Origin: Octopus sinensis
Taxonomy: Eukaryota
DNA: 64,000 bases
NCBI RefSeq assembly: GCF_006345805.1
Contig: NC_043014.1
Location: 10,912,001 to 10,976,000 of the forward strand
Direction: 5' to 3'
A program made the position numbers and the translations under genes. The notes under the pieces are model-generated. The model did not search any database. It was not told the origin of the DNA and saw only the letters and a program-made list of their open reading frames with translations. This document shows positions 1 through 12,836 of the stretch, piece after piece. Within the stretch, counting starts at the first letter, position 1. The number at the start of each line of letters is the position of its first letter.

Positions 1-607
1 GACGAGATGTCAGGTAGGCATTTAGACACAGACAAAGAGAAAAAAGATTGGAGATAAAAACGTAGATCGACATAGATAAAATTCCTCCCGTTTGTTTTTT
101 GTGTCTTCTTGTCCATTTCTCTCCTTGTCTCTTCCGCTTAGAAAACGTCTCATCCCTTTCTTTTTATTGCTACTTCCGTTGATGTACCTGCCACTATCTT
201 TATCGTGTTTACGTAGATGAATCAGGCCACGGTAGTCTATGATCCCTGCAAGCGTTGTCGCTGTCCTCATCATTCCGGTTGGCATCGTAAGATCTACGAC
301 GTCTATGCATTCATCTAACCCCCAGCTGTGCAGACGTTTTTTTCTGTTCGGACTCCGCTAGCGTGGGCTCCTCTTACACACAATAGTCCATCCGACGGGA
401 GCGTTTATTCTTTCTTTGGACTTTGTGATAATCCAAGGTTGAGAAAGATATCTGTTTTACCCTTATCCGAGAACTGGATTGTGGCTCTCTAAGCCGTCCG
501 TCGAAGTATACATAACGTCGAATTCGATGTTAAAGAGAGTGTTAACTGATTCATGCATCTTCATCGCCTCATCTTTGCAACAGATCACAACAAGCGCCTG
601 GGTTGAA

Positions 608-1139
608 GTTGTTGTTGTTGTTGTTGTGACCCCCTTCGGTCATGAATGACCATGGGATTGCACCTAGAAAGTTACCCTCCGAGGCACAAGTCTGGGCAAG
701 GTTGTTTATGGAAGACCAGCAGTCGCCCATGCATACCAGCATCCTCTCTCCACACCACCGATGTTATCCAAGGGAAAGGCAAAGGGACCGATACAATTTG
801 GCACCAGTGACGTCGCAGCTCATTTATTAACGTACAAGTGGCTGAACACTCCACAGACATGTGTACCCTTAACGTAGTTCTAGGGGAGATTCAGCGTAAC
901 ACAGAGTGTGACAAGGCTGGCCCCTTTGAGATACAGGTACAAGAGAAACAGGAAGAAAGAGTGAGAGAAAATTGTCGTGAAAGAGTACAGTAGGGTTCAC
1001 CACCACCTCTTGCCGGAGCCTCGTGGAGCTTTTAGGTGTTTTCGCTCAATAAACACTCATAATGCTCGGGCTGGAAATCGAAACCGCGATCCTACGACCG
1101 CGAGTCCGCTGCCCTAACCACTGGGCCATTGCGCCTCCA
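608..1139 (-). mobile_element. tRNA-derived SINE family A, tail type 1, (CAA)n end
   Basis: Head ggaggcgcaatggcccagtggttagggcagcggactcgcggtc..ggtttcgatt; tail ..catgaccgaagggggtc. Confidence 0.85.
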
Positions 1140-1391
1140 GCAGGGGTGAAGTACTCCACACTTTATATCACCTTGGAAAAATATACTGAAACATCTCTCT
1201 TGATTTCATCAGATAACTAAATCAAATATGAAAGTGGTCACATATGATATGGAACTATATATCAAATATTTTCTTGATGAATTAGTTATATCTGGATAAA
1301 GTCAAATGCTTTTATCAATACTGTAATTGCTACCTAAAAACATACAAAAAGAATTAGAAAAGTAACTAGATGTTTATTAGTTTGCTGCCAT

Positions 1392-1556
1392 ATTGGCTGT
1401 GTGGTAAGAAGCATGCTTCCCAATCACATGGTTCCGGGTTCAGTCCCACTGCGTGACACCTTGGGCAAGTGTCTTCTACTATAGCCACGGGCCGACCAAA
1501 GCCTTGTGAATGGATTTAGTAGCGGGGAACTGGAAGTAGCCCTATATATATATTTA

Positions 1557-1623
<67 letters not shown>

Positions 1624-1832
1624 GTATCTGTGTTTGTCCCCCAACATCGCTTGACAACCGATGCTAGTGTGTTTACGTCCCCGTAACTTAGCGGTTCGGC
1701 AAAAGATTCCGATAGAATAAATACTAGGCTTGCAAAGAATAAGTTTTGGGGAGTCGATTTTTTCGACTAACACTCTTCAAGGCGGTGCTCCAGCATCGCC
1801 GCAGTCAAATGACTGAAACAAGTAAAAGAATA
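1392..1832 (+). mobile_element. Dimeric tRNA/CORE-like SINE family B with internal (TA)(TG)n
   Basis: Head ggctgtgtggtaag..gggttcagtcccactgcgtg.caccttgggcaagtgtct; tail ggcggtgctccagcat.gccgcagtcaaatgactgaaacaagtaaaag. Other copies: 17140-17490 +, 20330-20722 +, 33624-34020 +, 39603-39990 -, 41925-42335 +, 44126-44507 -, 47800-48015 - (partial), 50500-50655 - (partial). May correspond to a published octopus CORE/Twin SINE (unverified). Confidence 0.88.
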
Positions 1833-2228
1833 TATGAATATCGGAAATATACCAAAATCATTTGAAAAGTCATTAAGACATCTAAATGCCTACAAAACGA
1901 CGCAGTTCCTATTTCCAATATATTTTTTTAATGCAAAGAATGGTAAAGGATATTTCTTTAACTACAAAGTCAACGGACATAAAGGAGAAATAACCTGATA
2001 TTTGCATTTCTGAATAACATTCTACATATGCAGCAACAACTTCAAAGAAATATGCTCCAATGACATTGATTCTTGTTTAAAGGAATCTTATTCTGTCTTT
2101 TGCAAAACAAAGATAATCGTATTAATTTGATGCTAAGCAAGTTTTCAGAAATCTAAGGAGATAATACTGAGTATACTCTTAAGAATCGTATTATTACTAA
2201 CCCATATATATAGTATTAGTTGCTTGTA

Positions 2229-3700
2229 CTAAGGCGGCGAGCTGGCAGAAACGTTAGCACGCCGGGCAAAATGCTTAGCGGTATTTCGTCCGCCGCTACG
2301 TTCTGAGTTCAAATTCCGCCGAGGTCGACTTTGCCTTTCATCCTTTCGGGGTCGATAAATTAAGTACCAGTTACGCACTGTGGTCGATGTAATCGACTTA
2401 ATACCTATGTCAGTCCTTGTTTGGCCCCTCTATGTTTAACCCCTTGTGGGTAATAAAGAAATAGGTAAGGCGACGAGCGGGCTGAATCATTAGTCCGCCT
2501 TCACGTCCTGAGTTCAAATTCCGCTGAGATCAACTTTACCTTTCATCTTTTCGGGGTCGATAAATTAAGTATCAGTCGATTAAATAAGTACCAGTTACTG
2601 GGCTCGATATAGTCGACTTAATCTGTTTGTCTATCCTTGTTTGGCCTCTCTGTGGGTAGTAAAGAAATAGAAATAGGTATTTCGTCTGCCGTTACGTCCT
2701 AAGTTCAAATTCCGCCTAGGTCGACTTTGCCTTTCATCCTTTAAATTAAGTACCAGTTGCGTACTAGGATCAATCTAATCGATTGCCCCACCCCCTATCC
2801 AAAAATGTTGGGCCTTGTGCCTAGAGTAGAAAAGAATTGTTACAGCGGCGGGCGAAATGCTTAGCCGTATTTCGTCTGTCGCTACCCTGTGAATTCGAAT
2901 TCCGCCGAGGTCGACTTTGCCTTTTATTCTTTCGGGGTCGATTAAATAAGTACCAGTTACGCACTAGGTTCGATGTAATAGACTTAATCCCTTCCTCCAA
3001 ATTTGGGGACTTGTGCTTCCAGTAAAATGAATTATTGACTTGTACTAAGGCAGTGAGCTGCCAGAATTGTTACGGCGCCCGAAAAAATGCCTAGCGGTAT
3101 TTCGTCTGTCTTTACGTTGTGAGTTCGAATTCCGCCGAGGTCGACTTTGCCTTTCATCCTTTCGGGGTCGATAAATTAAGTACCAGTTACGCACTGGGGT
3201 CGATGTAATCGACTTAATACCTATGTCTGTCCTTGTTTGTCCCCTCTGTGTTTAGCCCCTTGTGGGTAATAAAGAAATAGGTATTACGTTCTGTGTTCAA
3301 ATGCCGCCGCAGTCGACTTTGCCTTTCGCTGTCTCGGGGTCGATAAAATAAGTACCATTTGAGCACTAGTGTCGATGTAATCGTCTTATCCTCACCCCCA
3401 GAATTACTGGATTTCTGCCAAAATTTGAAACTCCTATTTACCAAGGCAGCGAGCCGGTTGAATTTTTAACGTGCCGGAAAATGCTTAACGGCACTCTAAG
3501 TTCTAAGTTCAACTTCCGGCAAAGCTGAGCACTGGGTTTAATGTAATCGACCAGATCCCTCTCCTTAAAAACTGTTGGTCCTGTGTCAAAATTTGAAACT
3601 ACGATTCACTAAGGTGGCGACCTGACAGAAGCGTTAACCCACCGGAAAAAATGCTTAAAAGTAATTCATTCGGCTGTGATTCAGTAATTCATTCAAAAGG
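2229..3700 (+). mobile_element. Cluster of family C SINE copies and partial multimers
   Basis: Repeated aaggcggcgagc heads and gtcgactttgcctttcatcctttcggggtcgat bodies. Confidence 0.85.
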
Positions 3701-3704
3701 CGGC

Positions 3705-4860
3705 GAGCTGGCAGTATCGTTAGGACGCCGGGCGAAATGCTTAACAGTATTTCGTCTGCCGTTACGTTCTGAGTTCAAATTCCGCCGAGGTCGACTTTGC
3801 CTTTCATCGTTTCGGGGTCGATAAATTAAGTACTAGTTTCGCACTGGGGTCGATGTAATCGACTTAATCCCTTTGTCTGCCCTTGTTTGTCCCCTCTGTG
3901 TTTAGCCCCTTGTGGGCAGAAAAGAAATAGGTATTTCGTCTGTCTTTATGTTCTGAGTTCAAATTCCGCTGAGGTCGACTTTTGCCTTCATTCTTTCGTT
4001 CTGGGGTCGATAAATTAAGTACCATTACGCACTGGGGTCGATATAATCGACTTAATCCGTTTGTCTGTCCTTGTTTGTCCCCTCTGTTTTTAACCCCTTG
4101 TAGGCAGAAAAGAAATAGGTATTTCGTCTGCCGTTACGTTACGAGTTCAAGTTCCGCCGAGGTCGACTTTGCCTTTCATTCTTTCGAGGGTCGATAAATT
4201 AAGTACCAGTTACGCACTGGGGTCGATATAATCGACTTAATCCGTTTGTCTGTCCTTGTTTGTCCCCTCTGTGTTTAGCCCCTTGTGGGCAGAAAAGAAA
4301 TAGGTATTTCGTCTGTCTTTATGTTCTGAGTTCAAATTCCGCTGAGGTCGACTTTGCCTTTCATTCTTTCGGGGTCGATAAATTAAGTACCAGTTACGCA
4401 CTGGGGTCGATATAATCGACTTAATCCGTTTGTCTGTCCTTTTTTGTCCCCTCTCTGTTTAGCCCCTTGTAGGCAGAAAAGAAATAGGTATTTCGTCTGC
4501 CGTTACGTTACGAGTTCAAGTTCCGCCGAGGTCGACTTTGCCTTTCATTCTTTCGGGGTCGATAAATTAAGTACCAGTTACGCACTGGGGTCGATATAAT
4601 CGACTTAATCCGTTTGTCTGTCCTTGTTTGTCCCCTCTGTGTTTAACCCCTTGTGGGCAGAAAAGAAATAGGTATTTCGTCTGCCGTTACGTTACGAGTT
4701 CAAGTTCCGCCGAGGTTGACTTTGCCTTTCATTCTTTCGAGGGTCGATAAATTAAGTACCAGTTACGCACTGGGGTCGATGCAATCGACTTAATCCGTTT
4801 GTCTGTCCTTTTTTGTCCCCTCTATGTTTAGCCCCTTGTGGGCAATAAAAAAATAAGTAA
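3705..4860 (+). repeat. Family C SINE hexamer: one head plus six units of 184-188 bp
   Basis: Junctions aaata|ggtatttcgtc at 3930, 4118, 4303, 4487 and 4671. Confidence 0.92.
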
Positions 4861-5629
4861 TTCACACGGCTTTACGTTCTAAGTTCAAGTTACGCCGAAG
4901 TCGACTTTTGCCTTTCATCCTTTCGGAGGTCGATAAAATAAGTACGAACTGAACAGCGGATTCGATGTAATCGACCTATCCCCCTCCTCATATAATTTTA
5001 GATGTCGTGCCAATAGCAGAAAAAATAATTTACTTTCGCAATATTTAAGCTTTGAAAGCTTCGGCTCTCCTTACATGGCAATCCTTAAATTACGAAAGCA
5101 TTTAATACTTTCGTTTTCTCTCAAGTTGATAGCATTACATTAATATTCTTTTCTGTCAAAATGGAAAACTAAATTTGTTTTGCGCTGCTGTCATTGCAAA
5201 ATTTCATACATTGAAGACACCGGTTAGAAATAGGTTTAACAGCTTTTAAAAGTAATAGCAAACGGTTAACTATATTTTAGGTGAGATTTATAAATAATAT
5301 AAGAACATTGTTTTGGACAAAGGCGGAGTTTTCTGTGTGCTTCAAAGGAATTCTTAAGCTGAAGATTATAACCAATCACTTTCGCTGTGCAGTAACAGAA
5401 CATCAGAGAACTAGAGTACAATGACATCCGTTCCTTTCTTAAGAATGAAATTCTATCTTCAGAAGGTAAGGATAAGCGTATTAATGTAGAAGAAAGTAAG
5501 GCTCGAATTCTTCGAGGAATTCTTCTGTGATATTTCCAAGCACTTCTATTATTGGTTTTCTCCTCTTGTGTCTCTTGCTAATAACTTTTGCTTCCCCGCC
5601 CACCTCACTACCACACTCTTTCCTTCTTT

Positions 5630-5634
5630 CTTTC

Positions 5635-5725
<91 letters not shown>

Positions 5726-5812
5726 CATATATATTCATACAAACATATGCATATATATATATACATACATATATATATATATACATATATATACATACAA
5801 ACATATACAAAC

Positions 5813-5843
<31 letters not shown>

Positions 5844-6230
5844 TAATCAAACATATATACTTACATATATATACATACATACATATATATACACATACAT
5901 ATATAACACACATGCATATATATACACATAATACTTTATAAACATACATATATATATACTTACATACATACATGTATACTACATATATATATATATATTA
6001 TATATATATATATATACATGCATACATACATGTTTACATACATATACATACATATATATATATACATGCATGCATACATACATGTTTACATACATATACA
6101 TACATATATATATATACATGCATGCATGCATGCATACATACATACATACATACATACATACATACATACATACATACATACATACATACATGCATACATA
6201 CATACATACATACATACATACATACATGCT
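5630..6230. repeat. Compound microsatellite (CT)n(CA)n(TA)n(TACA)n
   Basis: Direct inspection. Confidence 0.98.
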
Positions 6231-6479
6231 TAAACGACAAGGAAAATACGAAAGCTTGTGAGATTGTTAGAGACTGCTATGAAACCCTAGATTTTCATTA
6301 ATCCTCTGTTAGCTGTTGAAGCTGATTATTAAGAATATATTCCATGTAAAAACGTAAATCCCATGACAAATTTTCAAAACTAAAATTTTGATATTCGTGA
6401 AGTGCACACCGGTTTCAATTCTCACTCAAGTAAAGTTCACTCGTTCAATCACCTTAGGAATTCCCTTTATATTCCCCCG

Positions 6480-7440
6480 AAAGAATAAAAACAACATCGA
6501 CCTCGGCGCAATTTGAACTCGGAGTGTAAAGGCTGACGGAATGCCGCTAAGCAATTTTTCCAGCGCGGAAACGATTCTGCCAGTTCGCCACTTTCCTCAT
6601 AGTCCTTTCCGGTAATGGTGCAAGGCCTGCAATTTTGATGAGAGGGGACTAGTCGATTACATCGACTCCAGTGTTCAACTGGTACTTAATTTATCGACCC
6701 CGAAAGGTTGAAAGACAAAGTCGATCTCAGCGGAATTTGAACTCAGGACGTGAAGGCGGACTAATGATTCTGCCAGTTCGTCGCTTTACCTATTTCTTTA
6801 TTACCCACAAGAGGCTAAACATAGAGGGGACAAACAAGGACAGACATAGGTATTAAGTCGATTACATCGACCACAGTGCGTAACTGGTACTTAATTTATC
6901 GACCCCGAAAAGATAAAAGGCAAAGTCGATCTCGGCGGAATTTGAACTCACAACCTAACGGCAGGCGAAATACCGCTAAGCATTTCGCCCGGCGTGCTGA
7001 CGACTGTGCCAGCTCACTGCCCTTATCCTCTTAAAATTGGGGCATTTTGATACCTATTTCTTAACTAGCCACAAGGGGCTAAACACAGAGGGGACAAACA
7101 AGGACAGACAAACGGATTAAGTCAATTATATCGACCCCAGTGCGTAACTAGTACTTAATTTATCGACCCCGAAAGGATGAAAGACAAAGTCGACCTCGGC
7201 GGAATTAGAACTCAAAACGTAGCGGCAGAGGAAATACCTATTTCTTTACTACCTACAAGGGGCTAAACACAGAGAGATCAAACAAGGACAGACAAACGGA
7301 TTAAGTCGATTACATCTGGTAACTGGTACTTAATTTATCGACCCCGAAAGGATGAAAGACGAAGTCGATCTCAGCGGAATTTTAACTCAGGACGTGAAGG
7401 CGGACTAATGATTCTGCCAGCTCGTCGACTTCCTTAGCAG
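6480..7440 (-). mobile_element. Nested and tandem family C SINEs
   Basis: Multiple reverse-complement bodies and heads. Confidence 0.85.
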
Positions 7441-8015
7441 CTCGGGTGATAATATTCGTTTTTTAACGAAAGCCGTTATTTAGAAAGATGTGGTTAGTCG
7501 AATAAATCGATCTCTGTATTTGTCTGGTAAACAGCTTTACGTTTGTTTTTGCCGTAAGATTTTGCCGAATTGATGTTTTCTCAAGTAGTTTAGTCATATT
7601 CAAAGTGAGTCTGTTGTTGAAAACAAACTCTTACTCGCAGTTTTCTGTATTTGGCAAAAAATAATCCGCAGCATGTGTGCAGTGTTGTTACTGCTGTTAA
7701 ATCATCAACTCTGCCAACTTGGCTAATATTTATCCTAAAATTATCATAATTTTCCCGTATAGCCACAAGCATTTCTTCATATTTTTATCGTTTTTGTTTT
7801 GTATTTTGTTTTTTGTGGGTGGTGGGGGTCACGTTTCCTGATTTGTTTGTCTTTAATATCGACTTGGCGAAAGAAGCTATTAAAACTGCCTGGAATTTTT
7901 CGTTTCCTAAGCAAGAAAATACTAACACATGGTGAAAGCAACAACGCACTGCAACGGCGCATGCTTCCACACCTAACCTGATCTATATCGTCTCATGAAT
8001 TAGCCCAGACAATAT

Positions 8016-8401
8016 GGATGGAAGCACTCCGTCGGTTACGACGACGAAGGTTCCGGTTGATCCGATCAACGGAACAGCTTGCTCGTGAAATTAACGTGTA
8101 AGTGGCTGAGCACTCCACAGACACGTGTACCCTTAACGTAGTTCTCGGGGATATTCAGCGTGACACAGAGAGTGACAAGGCCGGCTCTTTGAAATACAGG
8201 TACAACAGAAACAGGAAGTAAGAGTGAGAGAAAGTTGTGGTGAAAGAGTACAGCAGGGATCACCACCATCCCCTGCCGGAGCCTCGTGGAGGTTTTAGGT
8301 GTTTTCGCTCAATAAACACTCACAACGCCCGGTCTGGGAATCGAAACCGCGATCCTACGACCGCGAGTCCGCTGCCCTAACCACTGAGCCATTGCGCCTC
8401 C
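8016..8401 (-). mobile_element. SINE family A, tail type 2, 12-bp TSD
   Basis: TSD cccagacaatat at 8004-8015 and 8402-8413. Confidence 0.92.
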
Positions 8402-8413
8402 CCCAGACAATAT

Positions 8414-9300
8414 AGAAAGCGAACGACTGGAGAACGCCATGAAAGGATAAAAACCCAAGCTTCTAATTTAAATATTTTACAAGCACAGCTAAAGTGCTGA
8501 CAAGCATATACATAATAACGGCGAAAATTACAAACAACAATCCACTGGGTTATTAAGAGACAAAAGCCAACGTAATCCTCAACGCTAAAGAAACAGCAAT
8601 CCTTAAAAACTAGGCTCATTGCCTGCCTTCTTACAATTTCCAAAGCTAAAAGGGAAAGAAGGGTCTAAGTATGACAGGGATTGACTGGCAGAAGGTTTTT
8701 GACAGTGTGCCTAATATCGATTCCTGAGACATTAGCCTTAATTAAGAAAGCACCAGTAATTTCAACAGCTATGTTAATCACATCAAAAGTAAATGAAAGG
8801 TTTTCTATAACTGCTGATACGAACAAAAGAGATTATTATGAAAGCTAATTCCCATCTGTAATAGAGGGAAAATATCCTAAAAAGACTTCATCCTTCTCTC
8901 TCCAATTCTTTCGGTCTGATGTTACCATTTATAACCAGATCGGATGTCGAAAGAAATAATGTGTGAGCACAATCAATTATCGTTTGTATACGGACAACTT
9001 CATGTTGCAAACGATAAGCAACTAGAAACACGGCTACAGATTATACACAGATATATTTGTTATAAAATTTCGGGTTAAAAAAATGCATTGAAGCAACCTT
9101 GAAGGGAAGAAAATTAATTAAGAGCTCAGATAAGGAAACGTAAGAAATAAAGATAAGATTTACAAATTCTTAGAAATTTATGAACTACAAGTTATATGTC
9201 AAGAAAATGTTGTGGAGGAATGTTCTAGACGCATTAGATTGATGCTTAAATAGAGCTAGATGCGAAATAAATTTAATGAAATGCCTCAATACTTTAGCTG
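8414..9300 (+). mobile_element. R4/Dong-like non-LTR RT remnant, heavily decayed
   Basis: LSMT-GIDWQKVFDSVP (WIDYKKAFDSVPH-like), a GxxQGD/LSP-like region, and TINYRLYTDN (LYMDD-like). Confidence 0.65.
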
Positions 9301-9771
9301 GTCGCGGTAATAAATAATTTCTGCTTTCTATTCGATATTTGCTCGATTATATAAATTTAAAGTGTCATAAACAAAAATGAGAAGCGAAAAAAAAATTGGC
9401 TTAAAGTTCTTAATTCTTCCAAGAAGTCCCGATGTCTGGAATGGTAGATTTTTATGCCAGTTCTAAGATAACCAGTGTAGCAGAGCCATTTGCTGATAAT
9501 GAGAATAGAATGGGGAAATGTATTAATATTGTTAATGTAATCTGAAATCTTTTTGATGATAAAGGAGACGAACAGCAACCAGGCTGGCACCTCTCACAGA
9601 CATCATCATTACGAACATGAATGTTAGTCACAACGACTAACATAACATTTTAGCCTCCTCCCATAAACAATTTCTATTACGACTATGATCACTACTAACA
9701 CTACTACCACCGCTACTACCTTCTATAAACATATTTAAAGTAAACAATATATTTGAAAAGCATATGAAATA

Positions 9772-10874
9772 TTGTGTTGTCCGGAAAGTTCGTGCCGATT
9801 TAGAGTAGCTTACCTTTCGACTTATTTTAGAATATGGTTGAGTCTGTAAAATAGGATTTGACTATACCTCCATTTAGGGCAGAGTTTAAGCAAGCATATC
9901 ATAAATGTGAGGTTACCCACGGATATGTATTCAGAAAATGTGAAGGCCATTGTGGTCGACAAAGACACATACAAGAGACTGAGAGACATGTGCGGAGACA
10001 AGATTGACCCGCACGGAGTGTTGGTGGGGTTCGACGAACTGCCACCCGTACTTGAACTCAGAGACTTGGAGCCTTTCATGAAGTACTAAAAAGGAAAAAA
10101 AAAAGAATAAGTAAAATTGTTTTGTTGAAAGAAAAAAAGGGAAAAATTAAAAGTGTTTCATGTAAAAAAAAAAAAAAAGAGGAAAAAGGATGATTAAGAA
10201 AAAACAATAGAAAAATAGAACGATTGTAAATAGTGTGTATAAACGTTCAAATGGTACTGCATGGAAATGGGGCCCATGCAGCCATTTCATTTCTTCATTT
10301 TTATATAACATTTCATTCTCATTCGTTTTATGTTTTATGTCCCCATTGTGGTGTTGTGTCTGTCCTTGTAGTGCCCCCCTCTCTGTTGTTGTCGTGGTGC
10401 CAAATAAAGAAATAGGAGCAGGATTAGAAATCTTTTCGTGGAAGAAGGTTTATGTTCCTATAACTTGTGTTAATTCTGTAACCCTTTAAATTGGAAGATA
10501 AGAAAGTTCATTTTCGGCACTTGATGCTTTGGGGACCAGACAAAAATTGCCGCAGCTCGGCTGGGATGTGTTACCCCACCCTCCATATTCAACAGATATT
10601 GCTCCTTCGGATTTCCACTTATTCAGGTCTCTGCAGAATAGTCTGAATGGTAAAAATTTCAATTACTTGGATGACGTAAAAAGACACATTGATGAATTCT
10701 TTGGTATGAAACCACCTCAATTCTGGGAAGAGGATATTTTCAAGTTAAAGGAAAGATGGAGACGCATTGTGCAACAAAATGGTTCATATTTGGTTGATTA
10801 AAAATGTAATTGCAAGTATTTATTGACCTTTTTCTTTCCTTTAAAAATCGACACGAACTTTGCGGACAACCCAA
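9772..10874 (+). mobile_element. Internally deleted mariner element, interrupted by an insert of about 540 bp
   Basis: TIRs ttg(g/t)gttgtccggaaagttcgtgccgattt / aaatcgacacgaactttgcggacaacccaa with TA flanks. Transposase C-terminus HPPYSTDIAPSDFHLFRSLQNSL. Confidence 0.92.
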
Positions 10875-11375
10875 TAGATTAATTAAAAACAGCATTCTAT
10901 TTTAGAAAGAAAATCTTCCCAGGGTTAGATATATCTATCTAATAAGGAATGTAAATTTGAATCCATTCAAGAAATAAATGCATTTGAATCCCTTCGACGA
11001 ATGGGGGTCCATCAAGACAAAGCCGCATAGTGTAGCACTGTGGGAAACGACCATCACCCTTATGGCTACCTGTATGCAGGATCAAAGCTTAAGACTCCCA
11101 GTAACATCCTCGACCTATCCCCATCGCTTCTTTTCCTATCACTACTAGAACTTAAGGAAGAGACTGTGATGATGCTGGTGAAAGTGTTGGTGTCTCGGTT
11201 TGCTGGATATCCTGCACGATGAATATTATTATAATGTGTAGAAATATTGTCATAAAACTAAGGAAAATGTGGGACAGAATTCTGCTTTAAGCACACCATG
11301 AAACCCTCATAACTTCTTTTTTTAATTTTGGGAAATTTCAGAAACTTTTTTGCTTATTTGTGTTCTACATACTGG

Positions 11376-12012
11376 GGATCTTTACCTTTTGACCGACAGA
11401 TTTTAAAATAATTTTTTGTAACTAAACACTTTGAAACTTAGGACATTGGTAGAATGTGTCATATAAAACATCTTTTACTCTTAGCATTTTTGAGAAAAAC
11501 TAATATTTACGAAGTTATTTCACGTTAAAGTTGTCGTATTTCGGTAATTTCAACCATCCAATGACGTGTATTCAGCCGAATAAAATTACTGCTGTTGTTT
11601 GTCAACAAGAACTTCCGGCGGTGTATATTTCGTTTGTCACTGTTATTTATGACATCGTTCGTGCGTTTGTACTGGTTTTAGCTTTAAGGTTTTAGGGTTT
11701 TAGGGTTAGGGTTGGGGTTTTAGGGTTAGGGTTGTCATAAATAACAGTGACAAACGAAATATACACCGCGGGAAATTCTTGTTGACAAACAACGGCAGTA
11801 ATTTTATTCAGCTGAATACACGTCATTGATTGGTTGAAATTACTGAAATCGGACTACTTTGATGTAAAATTACTTCGTAAATATAAGTTTTTCTCAAAAA
11901 CGCTAAGAGTAAAAGATGTTTTATTTGACACATTCTACCAGTGTCCGAAGTTTGAAAGTGTTTAGTTACAAAAATTTATTTTTTAAATCTGTCAGTCAAA
12001 AGGTAAAGATCC
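11376..12012. mobile_element. Foldback/MITE-like palindromic element with arms of about 280 bp and a TTAGGG-containing centre
   Basis: 11376-11654 is the imperfect reverse complement of 11733-12012. Termini ggatctttacctttt / aaaaggtaaagatcc. Confidence 0.9.
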
Positions 12013-12235
12013 TACTCCTTCAATGAAATGCCGGTCCGCTGCAGAATTCAAAAGCAGAAATGTTGAGGGGAAGGGAGAAGTCTAACCCAGTATTTTACTG
12101 GTACCTCACTTTCTCAACTCTGAAGGAATGAAAGGCAACGTCTCAACTTCAACGGTATTTGAACTAAAAACGTAAAGAGCTGGAAGAAATGCTGCTAAGA
12201 ATTTGTCCGACGTGCTACCTTTGGGGGAAATGTAT

Positions 12236-12836
12236 TTATTTTTTTATTGCCCACAAGGGGCTAAACATAGAGGGGACAAACAAGGACAGACAAAGAGATT
12301 AAGTCGATTACATCGACCCCAGTGCGTAACTGTACTTATTTAATCGACCCCGAAAGGATGAAAGGCAAAGTCGACCTCGGCAGAATTTGAACTCACAACG
12401 TAACGGCGGATGAAATACCTATTTCTTTATTACCCACAAGGGACTAAACACAGAGAGGACAGACAAGGACAGACAAACGGAAAAAATCGATTATATCGAG
12501 TCCCAGTGCGTAACTGGTACTAAATTTATCGAATCCGAAAGGATGAAAGGCAAAGTCGACCTCGGCGGAATTTGAACTCAGAACGTAACGGCAGACGAAA
12601 TACCTATTTCTTTACTACCCACAAGGGGCTAAACACTGAGAGGGCAGACAAGGACAGACAGACGGATTAAGTCGATTATATCGATCCCAGGGCGTAACTG
12701 GTCCTTAATTTATCGACCCCGAAAGGATGAAAGGCAAAGTCGACCTCGGCGGAATTTGAACTCAGAACGTAACGGCGGACGAAACACCGATAAGCATTTT
12801 GTCCGACGTGCTGACAATGCAACCAGCTCGCTACCT
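12236..12836 (-). repeat. Family C SINE trimer with a single head, bounded by a direct repeat of about 15 bp
   Basis: tttgggg(g/t)aaatgtat at about 12220-12235 and about 12837-12851. Confidence 0.85.

Noticed and set aside
5481-6301. YIYI/HTHT-type ORFs (also 24869-25216, 40539-41040, 50009-50606)
   Set aside because: They are translations of microsatellites.
11690-11732. Telomere or chromosome-fusion site
   Set aside because: Only a few degenerate TTAGGG units, embedded in the loop of a palindromic element.
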